Program-made: the position numbers and the translations under genes
The notes under the pieces: model-generated
The model's input: the letters and a program-made list of their open reading frames with translations, nothing else
The model's database searches: none
What the model was told of the DNA's origin: nothing
NCBI GenBank assembly: GCA_965287045.1
Contig: OZ336881.1
Location: 52,638,001 to 52,702,000 of the forward strand
DNA: 64,000 nt
Direction: 5' to 3'
Origin: Carcharhinus amblyrhynchos
Lineage: Eukaryota
Part shown: positions 1 to 12,670 of the stretch, in pieces
Layout of the letters: each line of letters begins with the position of its first letter
Position numbering within the stretch: position 1 is the first letter of the stretch

Positions 1-700
1 TAAGAGGACAACAGAAAACAAACGTTGCAAAAACTTCAGAGAAGAATCATGCATGGTTCGCCCTTGTCTGGTACAATGTTCAGATCACATGTAGGTGCTA
101 GCTAGTGACAAGGCAACTGAAGTACAGGGATATGACAACCACCAGCACTTCCTGCTATTGTCCCACTTATATCAAATGCCTTGTTTGTTTTGTGTGATCC
201 AGTCACACATCTGTGGATGCCGCATTGGCAGATGAAGCCGATGATCCCTATGTTCACTTGAAAAATGCTGGGGGCAAAATGGTTGAGTAGGTCGGCAACC
301 TTAACTACTATTATCAGTCCTAACACTATGATGTAGTTTGATTGTCAATGCTTTTGCAGCAGATAGGATTGATATGCAAGCACTTCCAAACTGACTTGGA
401 GTCTGCAGAGCCATCTTTAGTGGTAACTGAGCTGGCGCCAGTAAATAAAATTGTGTGGAAACATTTGTCATGGAGTCTAGATCTGATGGTGAGAGCAGAT
501 GTGAGAGTAATTCCTATTGTGGTTGTGACAGCTGGCACTGTTCCACCTTTCCCGTCAAGTCCTCCTTCTCCTGTCCAGTCTCTGTTCCACTTTTCCGGCC
601 AGCTCCTCATTAAATATGCACATGTGAGGAGCACGATAAATGTCACAGTTGGGCGGGCAGAAAGTCACCATCCCCACTTTACCTCATGGGATTGAAAGTC
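1..700 (-). mobile_element. Degenerate PIF/Harbinger transposase relic
   Basis: ORF 102-326 VVKVADLLNHFAPSIFQ...ICQCGIHRCVT aligns by eye with the Harbinger motif VAVKVTAALNFFASGSFQ...ISQS.HRCI and with the better-preserved copy at 59.1 kb. Confidence 0.55.
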
Positions 701-1026
701 CTGGAACTATATTCATTCAATCACTGCAAACCAGGAACGTTAGTTGAACTTCATTCCCAGACACCCTCTAACACGCCCCTGATTGTTGATCTTCTTTCCC
801 CTGACAGTTTCCCACACTGAACACAAACCTCCTTCCCCTGCCCAGCCTCCATTCCACCTTTCCTGCCAAGCCCTCCCTCCTCTGTCCAGCCTTTTGTTTC
901 AAATTTTTATTCCATCCAAGAAAAATTCAAATTCCAGTTGAATCCAATTGATGGTCCCCACAAGAGAGACAGACAAGATCCAAGCTGACCAGATGAGGCA
1001 GTGCACCCCATCATGGGCTTGATCTG

Positions 1027-1058
1027 ACACTTCATCTTAGCCAAAAGGCTGAGATGGC
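1027..1058 (-). pseudogene. U2 snRNA 5' fragment
   Basis: Minus strand GCCATCTCAGCCTTTTGGCTAAGATGAAGTGT versus U2 5' end GCTTCTCGGCCTTTTGGCTAAGATCAAGTGT; similarity stops after about 33 nt. Confidence 0.8.
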
Positions 1059-2737
1059 TTTGAAAAATTACATCAGGCGACGCCTCAGTTAAACTTCATC
1101 AGCTACCCTGATCATTGACTCTCCCCTCTCTTCCCCGTCTAGCATTTGTAGAGCTTAGCCTACTGGCACCTGATTGCAGCCAAGAGGCTGGTTCCAATAA
1201 AGGTCAAAGCAATGGCTACTCACTTCAAAGCCATGGAAGTGGTCAACACTGCCAGGTGCCAGGTATACAGTCATATATGTGAACATCCTAATTCCTTACT
1301 GATAGAGAACTTAATTTGGTTGGGAACTTAATACCGGCGAGATGGCCTGTTAAGGAGCGTGGATGACATGCGAATGCTTGCAAAAGGGCTTCCCAGCATT
1401 GTTCATTGGGAGCTTCAACCTGCCTTTAAAGTCCCAAGAACATAATTGCAAAAATTCATCCCGTCATAGAGAAATTGACTGTTGAATTCAATCCAGATTA
1501 CATTAACCCACCAGCCAAGCTTCCTGGAAGATCCTGGCTGGTAATACAGTGAAAAGTGCTGACAATGCTGATAATTCTGAGATGCTTCTTCTGTCATCTA
1601 GTCACAATTCAAGCATTAAATATCACAACTGAGGAGCTTTCAAAACAAAGCTAGGAATTACCTGATGCAGCGTTTCCCAAACTGGATTCCGCGGAGTGCT
1701 GGGGTTCCCTGGGACTCATCGAAGGGTCCCAAGGTAGGTGCGGCCAGTTTAAATTTTAATAAAGCCGCACTTCCAGCTCGACCAATTGAGGGCATTTTTC
1801 TCACTTTGTTGGCTACTGATAGGCGCACCCATCAGCCTATCAGCAGCCAATGCACTGAGAAGATTAACCTTTTCAAGGATGTTTCTGTTCAGTAAAATAG
1901 TTGGAAGTAGTTGGTCAGAAGCATTCTGAAGTTGATTAGAAGCATCCTTTTGCTTTTGCGATTATGAAAAGATCCCCACCAAGGTTTGATCCAGAAAGCT
2001 TGTGAAAGTGCATAAAATATTAACAGCAAAATCAATCAAATTAATGAACTTAAATTTCCTGTACAATTATTAGTAATAATTTAATGCACTTTAATTTACC
2101 TGTACAATTAATTTTCATATATCAAAACACTTTAAATTGGATGCACAATTAAGATATATTAAAAATCCATCAGAGATTGGTTGTTTCTGGGTCTTTAAAT
2201 CGAGTATTTAAGCCCCTCTCTTTTATGCTAGCTGGAAATCCACTAAACATTGGAAATATCAACAGGCTTGCTAAAGGCCATCATTTGCATCTGCAATGCA
2301 TAATTAATGAGGCTTTCATTCAAAAGTGTCAGGAGTGAATTACATAGGCATAAAGCACAAATGGAAATAAGCTTGGGTGTATTTTCAGAAGGCACTGGAC
2401 AGAAGTGCTCATCGCTCAATTTCCCAGCCCCCATCACTGAAATTTTACCAGGAGCAGTGAGTTGCCAATCAGAAAATCTTTAGTGCAACGTTAATATGAC
2501 TGTTTCTATTTATTAAAGGTAAGCACATTTTAAACAAGCATGCACTTGTTAAAATATAACACTTATTCAATAAAATTATGTCCCAATTACTATTTGACAC
2601 GAGGCCATTTTGACAAACAGTCGGTATTAAAAGGGGAAAGAAACAATTTTCGAGACAGGGTTAGATAGGGGTGCCTTAATGTTAAAGCTTGTATTGTAAT
2701 GACTAAGAATATACCATTGAAACATCATTTCACAATT

Positions 2738-3087
2738 TCATAAGATATGGAGCAGAATTAGGCCATTTGGCCCATCGAGTCCGCTCCACCATTTGATTAT
2801 GGCTGATACGCTTCTCATCCCCATTTTGCTGCCTTTTCTCCTTAACCGTTCAACTCATTACCAATAAAAAATCTAACTCCTCCTTAAATTTGCTCACTGT
2901 CCCAGCATCCACCGCACTTTGGGGTAGCAAATCCCACAGATTCACTACCCTTTGGGAGAAACAGTTTCTCCTCAACTCTGTTTTAAGTTTGCTACCTCTT
3001 ATCCAAAGACTATGACCTCTCATCCTAGAATGTCACACAAGAGGAAGCACCCACTCCACGTCTCCTTTATCCAAACCTTTTACCATC
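2738..3087 (-). mobile_element. CR1-type LINE 3' fragment
   Basis: Begins cataagatatggagcagaattaggcc (reverse complement of a CR1 tail); homologous to the 33.3 kb LINE 3' end. Confidence 0.8.
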
Positions 3088-5696
3088 AAGAAAACATGCT
3101 CTTAGAAAAAAAAATCCAAGAATTAGTACTGTTTGAACTGCAAATGCACCCTTAAATAGCAAAGTTGGAAGGTCAGTCCATAAAAAATATTTTCCCTTAA
3201 TGTTCATCTCTTATATTTTGCAATGAATTTATAGTTGTTTACCATTCTGGCCAGTTCAGTCAAAAATAGACATCTGAAATGCACTGCAACGCATGAATGC
3301 AAAATTACAAAATAAATTCGGGCAAGGACAATTGATAAGCTACTTAGCATCCAATTAAAACAGTTAATGTATCGAAGGTCTGAATGTATATTTTCAATTT
3401 TGCCCGTGTTCAGTGAGTGCAATATTCCTTCTGAGAAGCCCTGACTGTCCCCCAACTGCAACAGGTTTACAGCTTCAGCATTAATACGTGGGCTGGATAC
3501 AAAATTATTCTAATCATAATTTTATCATAACAACATGTGCTTATCCAATGCCTTATCAGATCAAATTATTTCAGAACATTTCACACAGTGAACTAATTTT
3601 AAAATGCTGTGACTTGTCAAACAGACCGATCCAGTAGCCATTTTGCACCAGTAGTGTCCAACAAACTGCAATAAATATCTTGCTAATCATCTTTCTTGTG
3701 TACTTGTTGACAGAATAATTTTGACAGGTTTGTGCATAACTGAATTGCAACAACTTTAAGCCAAGACATTGCATAGGTTTTGTTGGTCCGTCCTTTTGTC
3801 ATAACATGTCCACTAAAACCCTAATTTTACTTAGCATTGCTGGAGTGAATTACAGAGCTGCATGGTTCTCTGATTGAACTGGTTAACTTTCAAGGAAGCA
3901 GAGTCATATTGGACACCTTTTCTTGTTTCACAGGTTACAGAGTAAGCACATAGCTCTTAAGCGTGATTCCAAGTTATCTCCTGAGAGTCTAACTCATGAC
4001 TGCAGAGGTACATCATCATCTACATCATATATTAGCACAACCCATGAAAAGCTGATTCAGAAAAGAAAATGGAACAGGTTTGAAGTTTGGCCCTTCTGGA
4101 ACTCGGAGAGGAACTCAGGACAGCCTGATGAACTTCATGCTTCCTCAAAGGATTCTGGGAAGAAGTTTCAAAAGAGGAATAATGTTCAACTCTTGGGAAG
4201 ATCATCACAGCTATATAATTGATTGCTATATCAAAGAATGAAGAGGCTTTGAATTTCTGAGATTTCAATTAACTTAAACAATGATGGAAAAATGATTAAT
4301 TTCCTGTACATCTGCCAGGGAAAGAGAGGAATTCCCAATGATATTCCAGAAGAACGATTTACTCCCTGTAGGCTTTGGTAATCACTCTCTCTGTACAGGG
4401 TTGTTTCATTATGGGCAACGGGAAGAACTGCTGAGAATATGGAGAAGTCATCATCATCTTTTCCTTTACAGACCAAATTGCCACATCAGCATCAAAATAG
4501 ATCAACGTGAATCACGTCCGGGTACAAGTGATGAGCACTGGACAAAAAAGCACCTTATTCACAACCTCAAGTGCTGTGCAAACAGCATTCACCCAGTTAT
4601 TAGGGTGCTATGCTCACTGCAACTCCGTGCCAAGGCTGCTGAGGCAAGACCAGCAGAATAGCAATGTGGGTCCATGCCAAGGCTGCCCAAGCAAGACCAG
4701 TGGGAAGACAAAGGGGTTGGTGCTGCAAGACAAGTGTTTGACTTGGAGAGGGACTGTTGTCCAGACTTTGAGATGAAGGGTGTACAGACACATGACTGGG
4801 AGGGGGATGACTGCAGAAGGTTGCACAGATACATATGACTGGGAGGTTGAGAGAAGGGGAAGGGAGGGGTGGGGGGAATTAATCAGGACCAGAAAGCATA
4901 GGCTGTCCTGGGCAATAGTGCACCAATTTAGAGGGTTTGTGCTACCCTAAACCTGGCCCAATACTTGGAGAGGAATGGCATGGCCAATCTGTATCAGTTG
5001 TGCCCAGCATGGTGTTCAGAGTGTGGTCAATCCCTCATACGTGTTGGTCCTGGAGATTCTTGGATTGGTACTGAATTGTAGATCGCAGAGTCATGGTCAA
5101 GGAAGGCATCTGCAGCCAATCGATGGGGAACAAGTAATAAAGTGGGAGGCGTGAAATGGTATCATGAGGGGAGTCTCGAAAGGTCACAGTACATAACGAA
5201 TCAAGATGGGTGGGGTCAGGTCAACATGGGGCATTGGGACATCAAATGGTGCTAGGGGGAGGACAGAAATACACACAAGAATCATGATGGGTTGCAGGAT
5301 TAAAGGGGGAGAAAGCAGAGTGAGTCAAGGGAGGGAAACCTGCACATATGTTCTTCCAGCACAATGGGAGGAACTTTGACAGTGAGGAGGCAGGGGGTTG
5401 GGAGATGGTTTCATAATATTACCTTCGTACCAAAATATAGCAAGTAATTTTGAGAAGAGTTGCACAGTGCTTCAAGTGTGGCTGCCCTGTTGTCTTGAGG
5501 AAGCCTGTTTACAATACTTTTGCTTCTGTTCAAATAAACAACAGGACAGCAAATGCCACAAAATCTGGCAAGATATAAGAGAAAAAAGAAGTAAAATGGG
5601 TTGAAAAAGAACCTTTTGCTGAGTTTTTATACATTTCTCTATAGGCTCCCCATACATTATTATTTAGGGAGCCAATTAACCGAATATAGCAAGAGT

Positions 5697-5935
5697 CCAT
5701 CCTCAGCAATGAGATAAATGACCAAGATGATTTGATCTAGCGATGCTGATTGAGGAATGAATGATAGACAGAGCACCAGGAAAGCCCTCTGGCTACTCCT
5801 TAAATAGCTTCAAAGGGAGCTTTTCATCTAATGAAAGAGCAACAGGACAACAGTTTATTATCACAAGTGCAGTACAGCATTTAACAACACAGCATTCTCT
5901 CATCCTGAATGACCAAAGTAATTATGTGTTCAAAC
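5697..5935 (-). mobile_element. Degenerate Deu-domain SINE (SacSINE1/AmnSINE1-like)
   Basis: cagcaatgagataaatgacca...gatgctgattgagga...gcaccagga...aaatagc resembles the reverse complement of the Deu domain. Confidence 0.55.
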
Positions 5936-6073
5936 CATAGAATCCCTACAGTGCAGAAGGAGGCCATTTCGCCCAGCAAGTCAGCACTGAATCTCCAAAA
6001 GGACATCTTACCTAGGCCCTATACTCGTAACCCCGCACATTCAAGCCTTTGTAATGAAGCTCAGAGCCCCATT

Positions 6074-6533
6074 GGGGCAGCATGATGGCAAAGTGGTTAG
6101 CACTGCTGCCTCACAGTTCACTTTTGCGAACAGAACTCCCACTCACCTGATGAAGGAGCAGACCTCTGAAAGCTTGTGGCTTGTGCTACCAAATAAACCT
6201 GTTGGACTTTAACTTGGTGTTGTGAGATGTCATACTGTGCCTCCACAGCATTAGGGACCTGTGTTCAATTCAGGCCTTTGGTGACTGTCTGTGTGGAGTT
6301 TGCATATTCTCCCCGTGTCTGCATAGGTTTCCTCCAGGTGCTCCAGTTTCCTCCCATGGTCCGAAAGATGTACTAGTTAGGTGAACTGGCCACGCTAAAA
6401 TGCCCCTTAGTGTCAAGGGGACCAACTAGGGTAAATACATGGGTTTACGGTGATAGGGCCTGGGTGGGATTGTTGTCAGTGCAGATCGATGGGCTGAGTG
6501 AGTGACCTCCTTCTGCACTGCAGAGATTCAATG
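6074..6533 (+). mobile_element. HE1-type V-SINE interrupted by a Penelope-like insert
   Basis: tRNA-like head (gtggttagcactgctgcctcacag...gttcaattc), V-domain (tgtgtggagtttgcatattctccccgtgtctgc) and CR1-like tail (cctccttctgcactg). An inverted tail fragment lies at 5936-6042. Confidence 0.9.
6117..6237 (+). mobile_element. Penelope-like terminal fragment with hammerhead-ribozyme core motifs
   Basis: CTGATGA (6147-6153)...GAAA (6168-6171), then aataaacctgttggactttaacttggtgttgtg. Flanked by the near-duplication tgcctcacag / tgcctccacag. Confidence 0.65.
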
Positions 6534-6544
6534 AAACAGAAGTA

Positions 6545-6740
6545 CCACTGGGGCAAGGTTGGAACCTTAGGTTCTTGATGGCTCCTTTGGAAATGTGAAG
6601 CAATCCTGAAAGATAACATCCAGCGATCTTGACAGCCACTGGTAATGCAGCTCTTGTGGAAGAGCTTAGCTGCAAGTTAATCACATCATCCTCCATAAAT
6701 ATAGCCTTCTCAAACACTGCTTTCCTGCTGCAGGTGTAGA
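6545..6740 (-). mobile_element. Harbinger transposase fragment
   Basis: LQLSSSTRAALPVAVKIA matches the Harbinger N-terminal motif LQP...RTALPVAVKVT. Confidence 0.5.
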
Positions 6741-7715
6741 AAGCAGTTTGGAAGGAAAATGGTGACTTAAACTTTGGTTACAAAGGGATTGGAGTATAAA
6801 AATAAAGAAGTCTTTCCATAATTTCACAGGACTTTGGTGAGGCCACCCCTGAATTATTATGTAGAATTTTGGTCTCCTTGCCTAAGGAAGGATAAACTGG
6901 CCCAGGAGCGAGTTTGACTAGATTAAACTAAAGGTTAGTATTTATAAAGCACTGCTCATGACCACCTGACATCTCGAAGTACTTTATAACCAATGTTTGT
7001 AGATTCTAGAATGGGAATATCAAAGAGTGCTTTGAGTGCTGTCTGTCCTGTTATTGTCTTGAGTAAGCCTATTTGCGGAACTTGTGCCTCTGTTCAAATA
7101 AACAGCAGGGCAGCAATTGCCACAAGAATGCAAGTGACGAAAAGAAAATAAGGAAAATGGGTTGAGAAATAATCTTTTCCCTGGGCTTTTTTATATATTT
7201 TTCTGTCTACAGCTCAGCATCTAACAAATCTGGACGTCCAGTTTAAGTGGAAAAGTAACAGTGTTAACCAGATGCAAATGGAGGACAATCATGCATGCAC
7301 TGTCAGAATGTAATTTGCAATCATGGGCATACACATGGGAAGAGGGGTGAAAATACCTGCACAAAATCAGATGTAGTAAAAAGTAGTCAGAGAGTCAACA
7401 TTACTGGTCTCTGCCCAAATTTCTAATTGCAATCACTGGATTTATATCCAAACATTGGGAGACCCATATTAGAGAATCTGTCTTACTCTTCCCACCACAA
7501 AAAAATAGTTGATTCATTCCAAATGATTCAGATGGGAGCATGCATTTCAGATGGTATGTTAGTAAAAGCCTGGTACATAAAAAATTGTGGAATGAAAACA
7601 TGTATGGGTATAAATTAAGAAGTTATAATCTGTTGCTAGCATTTATATTACAAATTTACTACTTTACTATTTGACAAACACCCATTACATTACATTAGTC
7701 TAGTCCAGTAATTAA

Positions 7716-7847
7716 AACCAGAACTAGTGTCATGGCCAATTAATGTCCCCAGGTAGCATGCCCATTAGTTCTCCCATTAGTGAATTCAACAATACTAATG
7801 GGATTTCCACCATGGGATGTTAATTGGGCATGACACAGGAATTGGTT
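7716..7847. repeat. Imperfect palindrome (hairpin-type ancient repeat)
   Basis: Left arm gtgtcatggccaattaatgtccccaggtag..cccattagt versus reverse complement of right arm gtgtcatgcccaattaacatcccatggtggaaatcccattagt; central gtgaattca. Confidence 0.8.
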
Positions 7848-9799
7848 CGGTTCTTTGCACACCCTTGCTAATGATGAAATTAATGAGCATTTTATTGAAT
7901 GCTATCTCATCAAAGTGTATCTAGCCAATTCATAGAACTCACTGCTGTATTATGAACACCATTTTGTATCTGTGAAGTTGTTGCACAAGTGCATCATAGA
8001 ATTCACTGCATATCATTAAACTCCCACCTGCAGCCAAACACCAACCTAACTCACTTTCTTCTGAAGCATCCACACTTTATGTTCATAGTTCTTTTGAGTA
8101 TTCAATTGACATACGACTTTTTAAGCTTAAAAAAAAGGTGTGCTCATAAGTTGTCACATTTTCTATTTTGTATTTTAAATTCACCAATTAAAGATTTCTT
8201 CCTGGGCTCTAAAATGACAATATTGATTAAAAAAAACTACATTGCCATTTTAATATTATACTACCTTTTAACACCACTATCAGCTGAAAGACATTGAAAT
8301 TTGTAAATTATATACACAACAGATCTTCAGCAGCTTGTCTCAAATTTCTTGCTGGAGAATTATATGTCTAATTGTGCTTCTGAATTGGAATTTTCATTTG
8401 GACTAGGCAGGCTGACTTCACTTTACCTGCAAGCTGCACAGAGAAGTGCATTCACTGATCTAGTTTTAAATCTGTTGGCAGAGGAAGATGGTCCTTCAAA
8501 ATGACAGGGGTAGGAATGGGGTTTGAGAAACATATAGGCCGCGATTCTCCCATCGGGCATGGGGCAGTGCCAAGGGAGCGGGGCCAGATAGGGCAACCGG
8601 GAGGGGTGGGAGCTCCTGCTGCCACTCTGCAGGCAGGATCAGTGGGAAAAGAAGGGAGGCCTGCTGTGAATTCACATTAGGAAATCATAGGTAGCCCCCT
8701 ACCCTTCCTTCCTTCCCCCATTCCAGTACAAATGTTCATGCAGACAAATAAGTAAATCAGCAGCACATTTGTGATTTTCCAATATGTACTCCCAGCAAAT
8801 AAGGCTTTGTGAGCTTTCAAGCCCAGGGTCATGCATTTCTAAAATTTATCCTACGTTATGGATACATTGAGATTTTAACTCTATGTCAATTAGATGCAGT
8901 AAACTACCACCAAAAGAAAATGAATGGATATTTTTATATTAAATTTACATAATTAAGTCAACATATCCTTTATGTGGAAATGCGATACACAAAAAGAAAC
9001 TTATTTCACTCAATATGAGTTACGATAAACAAAAGAATAAGGTACTTAACACTTCTGAACTAATTCATTCTATGTGGAAAATCCAAAAGCTGGAAACTAA
9101 TGTTGCCAAAACTGCTGGATGATATTCCCATGACATTCCATTGTTCATAATTTCAAAAGGCACCAACCCATTTAAAATAAATGGGTTAATGCCTGTGTTC
9201 AGAATAATACCATAGGAATATGTGAACCATTTATCGGTTACTGCTAACTGTAATTTCTAGTCTATACAGTAAGAATAAGAGACCATTTTGTATAACATGT
9301 ACAAAATAATGGATAAGTGAAATGAGTTTAGAAGGAAATATCAAATCATGAAACTCAAATAATGTCAGCCCCAACTGCAAAGATTCACATTATTACTTGA
9401 ACCTTGAGACTGTGTTACATAATTTTTTCTGCCTACTACCTACCCATTAGATTTAACAATGGCCCATATTTTACTGTGAAAATAATTGTGAGGTTATCAG
9501 CACTCACAATTACTAAAGAGTAAATCGAACAACAATGTCTGCTGTGTGCAGTGAAATCAAAAGGTTGCCTTGCTTTGTCACACTAAGTACATTCTAACAA
9601 AAGGGGAAAAGTAGGAGAACAAAAGCCTGAACTTTCGAATGGCAAAGGAGATAGAAAATATGATGAATCAAAATAAAAAAAAGGGTGTAGCATGAATATC
9701 AGGTGAATTCTTTAAGGGAAAACCAAAACCAAATACAAATAAGTGAGGAATGAAGAAGGAAATAAGACTGGCAATGAGAGAATAAGAGAATAGAATAGC

Positions 9800-11490
9800 A
9801 GTTAACATAAAAGGTCATCCAAAAATCTTCCATTATCATGAAAATAGTAAATTGGTATCTAGAAGTTGAGCCTTTTTGGATCAAAGAAAATGGCATTCTT
9901 CGAGGTGCAGAGCAGGTTGGAATATATAAAGAGTACTTTGCATTGTGTTTGCCAAGGAAGAGGATGCTGACAAAATAACAGTCGCAACAAAGATGGCAGA
10001 AGTAATCATAGAATCCCTACAGTGCAGAAGGAGGCCATTCAGCCCATTGAGGCTATACTAACCACAATCCCACCCAGGCCCTACTCACATAACCCCATAT
10101 ATTTACCCTGATAATCCCCCTGACACTAAGGTTAATTTATCATGGCCAATCAACCTAATGTGCACACCTTTGGACTGGAGGAAACTGGAGCACTCAGATG
10201 AAACCCATGCAGACATGCGGAGAATGTACAAACTCCACACAGACACCGAGGCCAGAATTGAATGTGGTCCCTGGTGCTGTGTGGCAACAGTGCTAACCAT
10301 GGTACCACTGTGCTGCCGAAATGGATGGGGTGAAAATTTAAAGACAGGAAACACCATGAAGGCTAGCCATGCTTAGAGTGGATCATTTCCCTGGTTTTGA
10401 TAATTCGCACCCCAAATTGAATGTGGATCTAGGGGTGGAGATAGCAGAAGAGCTGGCCATAAACTTCCAATCTTCCCTATTTACAGGGGGCATGCTAATG
10501 GATTGGAAAATGGCAAATGTGCCACCTGGGTTCAAGAATGGGTATGAGAATATTCCTAGTATCTACAGGCTAGATAGTTTAATATTAGTGATACGTAAGA
10601 TTTCAGAAACAATAATCAGGGGAAAAAAACTACCAAATGCTAGGAGAGATTTGAATTATTTAAAGTGAGCCAGTACATGTTTGTAAAAGGCAGACTGTGT
10701 TTGATGAATTGAATGTTTTGATGCAAGTAGCACAGACGTTTGAAGAATGGATTGCAAAGGTGTTGTAAGAAAGTATATGACAACACGCAAGATTAGAGGC
10801 CAGTTAACAAAATTGAAGTTCATGTAATAGGAGGGTCAGTGTCAGCTTGGACAAAAACCAATTAGAATACAGAGTAAAATTTCAACACTTGTTGATGACA
10901 CTAAACTTGGAGGTGTAGCTAAAGGTGATGATGAATTTGACCACCACAAGAAATAGGTCAGCTAGCAGAATGGGCAAACAAATGGCAGATGGCATTTAAG
11001 ATAAGTGATGCATTTTTCTTGAAGAGATGATATATTTTCATGGAAAATTCTAAAAAATGTGCAGGGTAGTGGACTTTGGGAGTTTGTATGCATAGACCTT
11101 TGAAGGTAGCAGGATGTATTGGCAAGTAATTAACAAAACATTTGAGATTTTTGGCTTTGTAAATAGCAGTATTGAGTACAAAAATTATGTTGAACCTGGA
11201 TAAAGCTCTGATTAGGCCACAATGGTGGAGACCAGTAATCCAGAGGCCCATGCTAATGCTCTTGAGAGTGGGCAGGGCAGATTTATTGGAAAGATTCCAG
11301 AGATAAGGAAATTTAGGCAGAGGAAATAAAGAAGATCAATGAATTTAAAGAAAAGTTAGCTAGGTGCCCAAGGGAAAGAAATTTGCAGGACAAGGGGAAG
11401 GAGCAGAGAAGTGGGATTGACTGGATTATTTTATAAAGAGCTGGTATGAACTTAATGGGCCAAATGGCATCATACTGTGCTGGTAAGTCT
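9800..11490 (+). mobile_element. Highly degenerate CR1 LINE ORF2 and tail, interrupted by a SINE
   Basis: DWKMANVPPGFKNG...YRLDSL (compare DWK.ANV.P.FKKG...YRPVSL), gatgacactaaacttggagg (DDTKLGG), and tail atgggccaaatggc. Confidence 0.8.
10007..10317 (-). mobile_element. HE1-type V-SINE, full length
   Basis: Reverse complement of head, V-domain and CR1 tail (catagaatccctacagtgcagaaggaggccattc). Confidence 0.92.
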
Positions 11491-12405
11491 ATAACTGATA
11501 AATAACAATGTTTCCTGGAGAGACTCAGCTTTCATATACATGAAAAAGTGCAATGTTGCAGTATTTAGAGTCATAGTCATAGAGATTTACAGCATGGAAA
11601 CAGACCTCTGGGACCAACACATCCATGTCACCCTAAACATAACTGTTAGATATTTATTAAACATGCTGGATTGGCTATTCAGGTGTAAGCATATTATAAA
11701 GCCAAACAACCTCTGTGGCACTGGAGATTTACTTCAAAAGTATGGAGACTTGTTCTGAGAGATTTTTAATATTGTTGGAGATTCTTTAAAAAATATTTTT
11801 AATCTCCCCACTTTTTTTTTCTCTTAATCCCATTTTTCTGACTCTACATTTTGCTTTCAGTGACATGGTCTAATTTGCACTTCCTCGTTTAGACTCTGAG
11901 CGGAGAATTGATGCTTACAGACGCAAGTGACTGAGCAAGTTGGTAAGGAGTTAAAAGCACTGAAACTGGTAGCGACTCAGGAAGCTGGCTTCAACCCACT
12001 GACTTCTGCATTTAACTGAACTGCATTAGGCTGCATGCGAGCAACCCCCCTGGGAGAGGCAACTTGTTAATTTCAAGATGTTAATTGCTCATTAAAAGTG
12101 ATGCTAATATGGGTTTTGGGATTTGATAGTGGGTGCAGAGGCTACCTGGAACTCGTCAGTGAAAGCAAAGCAAGAACAGCAGCAACGGAGGGGATGACAA
12201 ATAAAAGGACAGGCACAAATTCCTACGGGCACTGAAAATTCTTGTCTAACAGTGTGAAATTTTATTTATTTTTCTTTTATTTATTAAGTTTTATTTTGCT
12301 CAAAGCACATTCACGACTAATTACTTTCACTACTTCAAAAGTTGCTTTCACTGCTTGGGAGGTTTTGTCCATCTGATCTCCACTTTGTATTAGTCATCTA
12401 GAATT

Positions 12406-12670
12406 ATAGAATCCACACAGTGCAGAAGGAGGCCATTCAGCCTATCGGGTCTGCACTGACTCTTACCCAGTCCCTGTCCCCGTAACCCCACATATTTATC
12501 CTGCTAATCCCCCTATTGTCTGGGACATTAAGTGACAATTTAGCACGGCCAATCAACCTAACCGCACATTTTTGGAGGAAATGGGAGCACCTGGATGAAA
12601 CCCACGCAGACACAGGGAGAATGTGCAAACTCCACACAGACAGTCATCCAAGGCCAGAATTGAACCCTAG
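12406..12670 (-). mobile_element. HE1-type V-SINE (5' clipped)
   Basis: Same V-domain and tail as 10007-10317. Confidence 0.9.
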
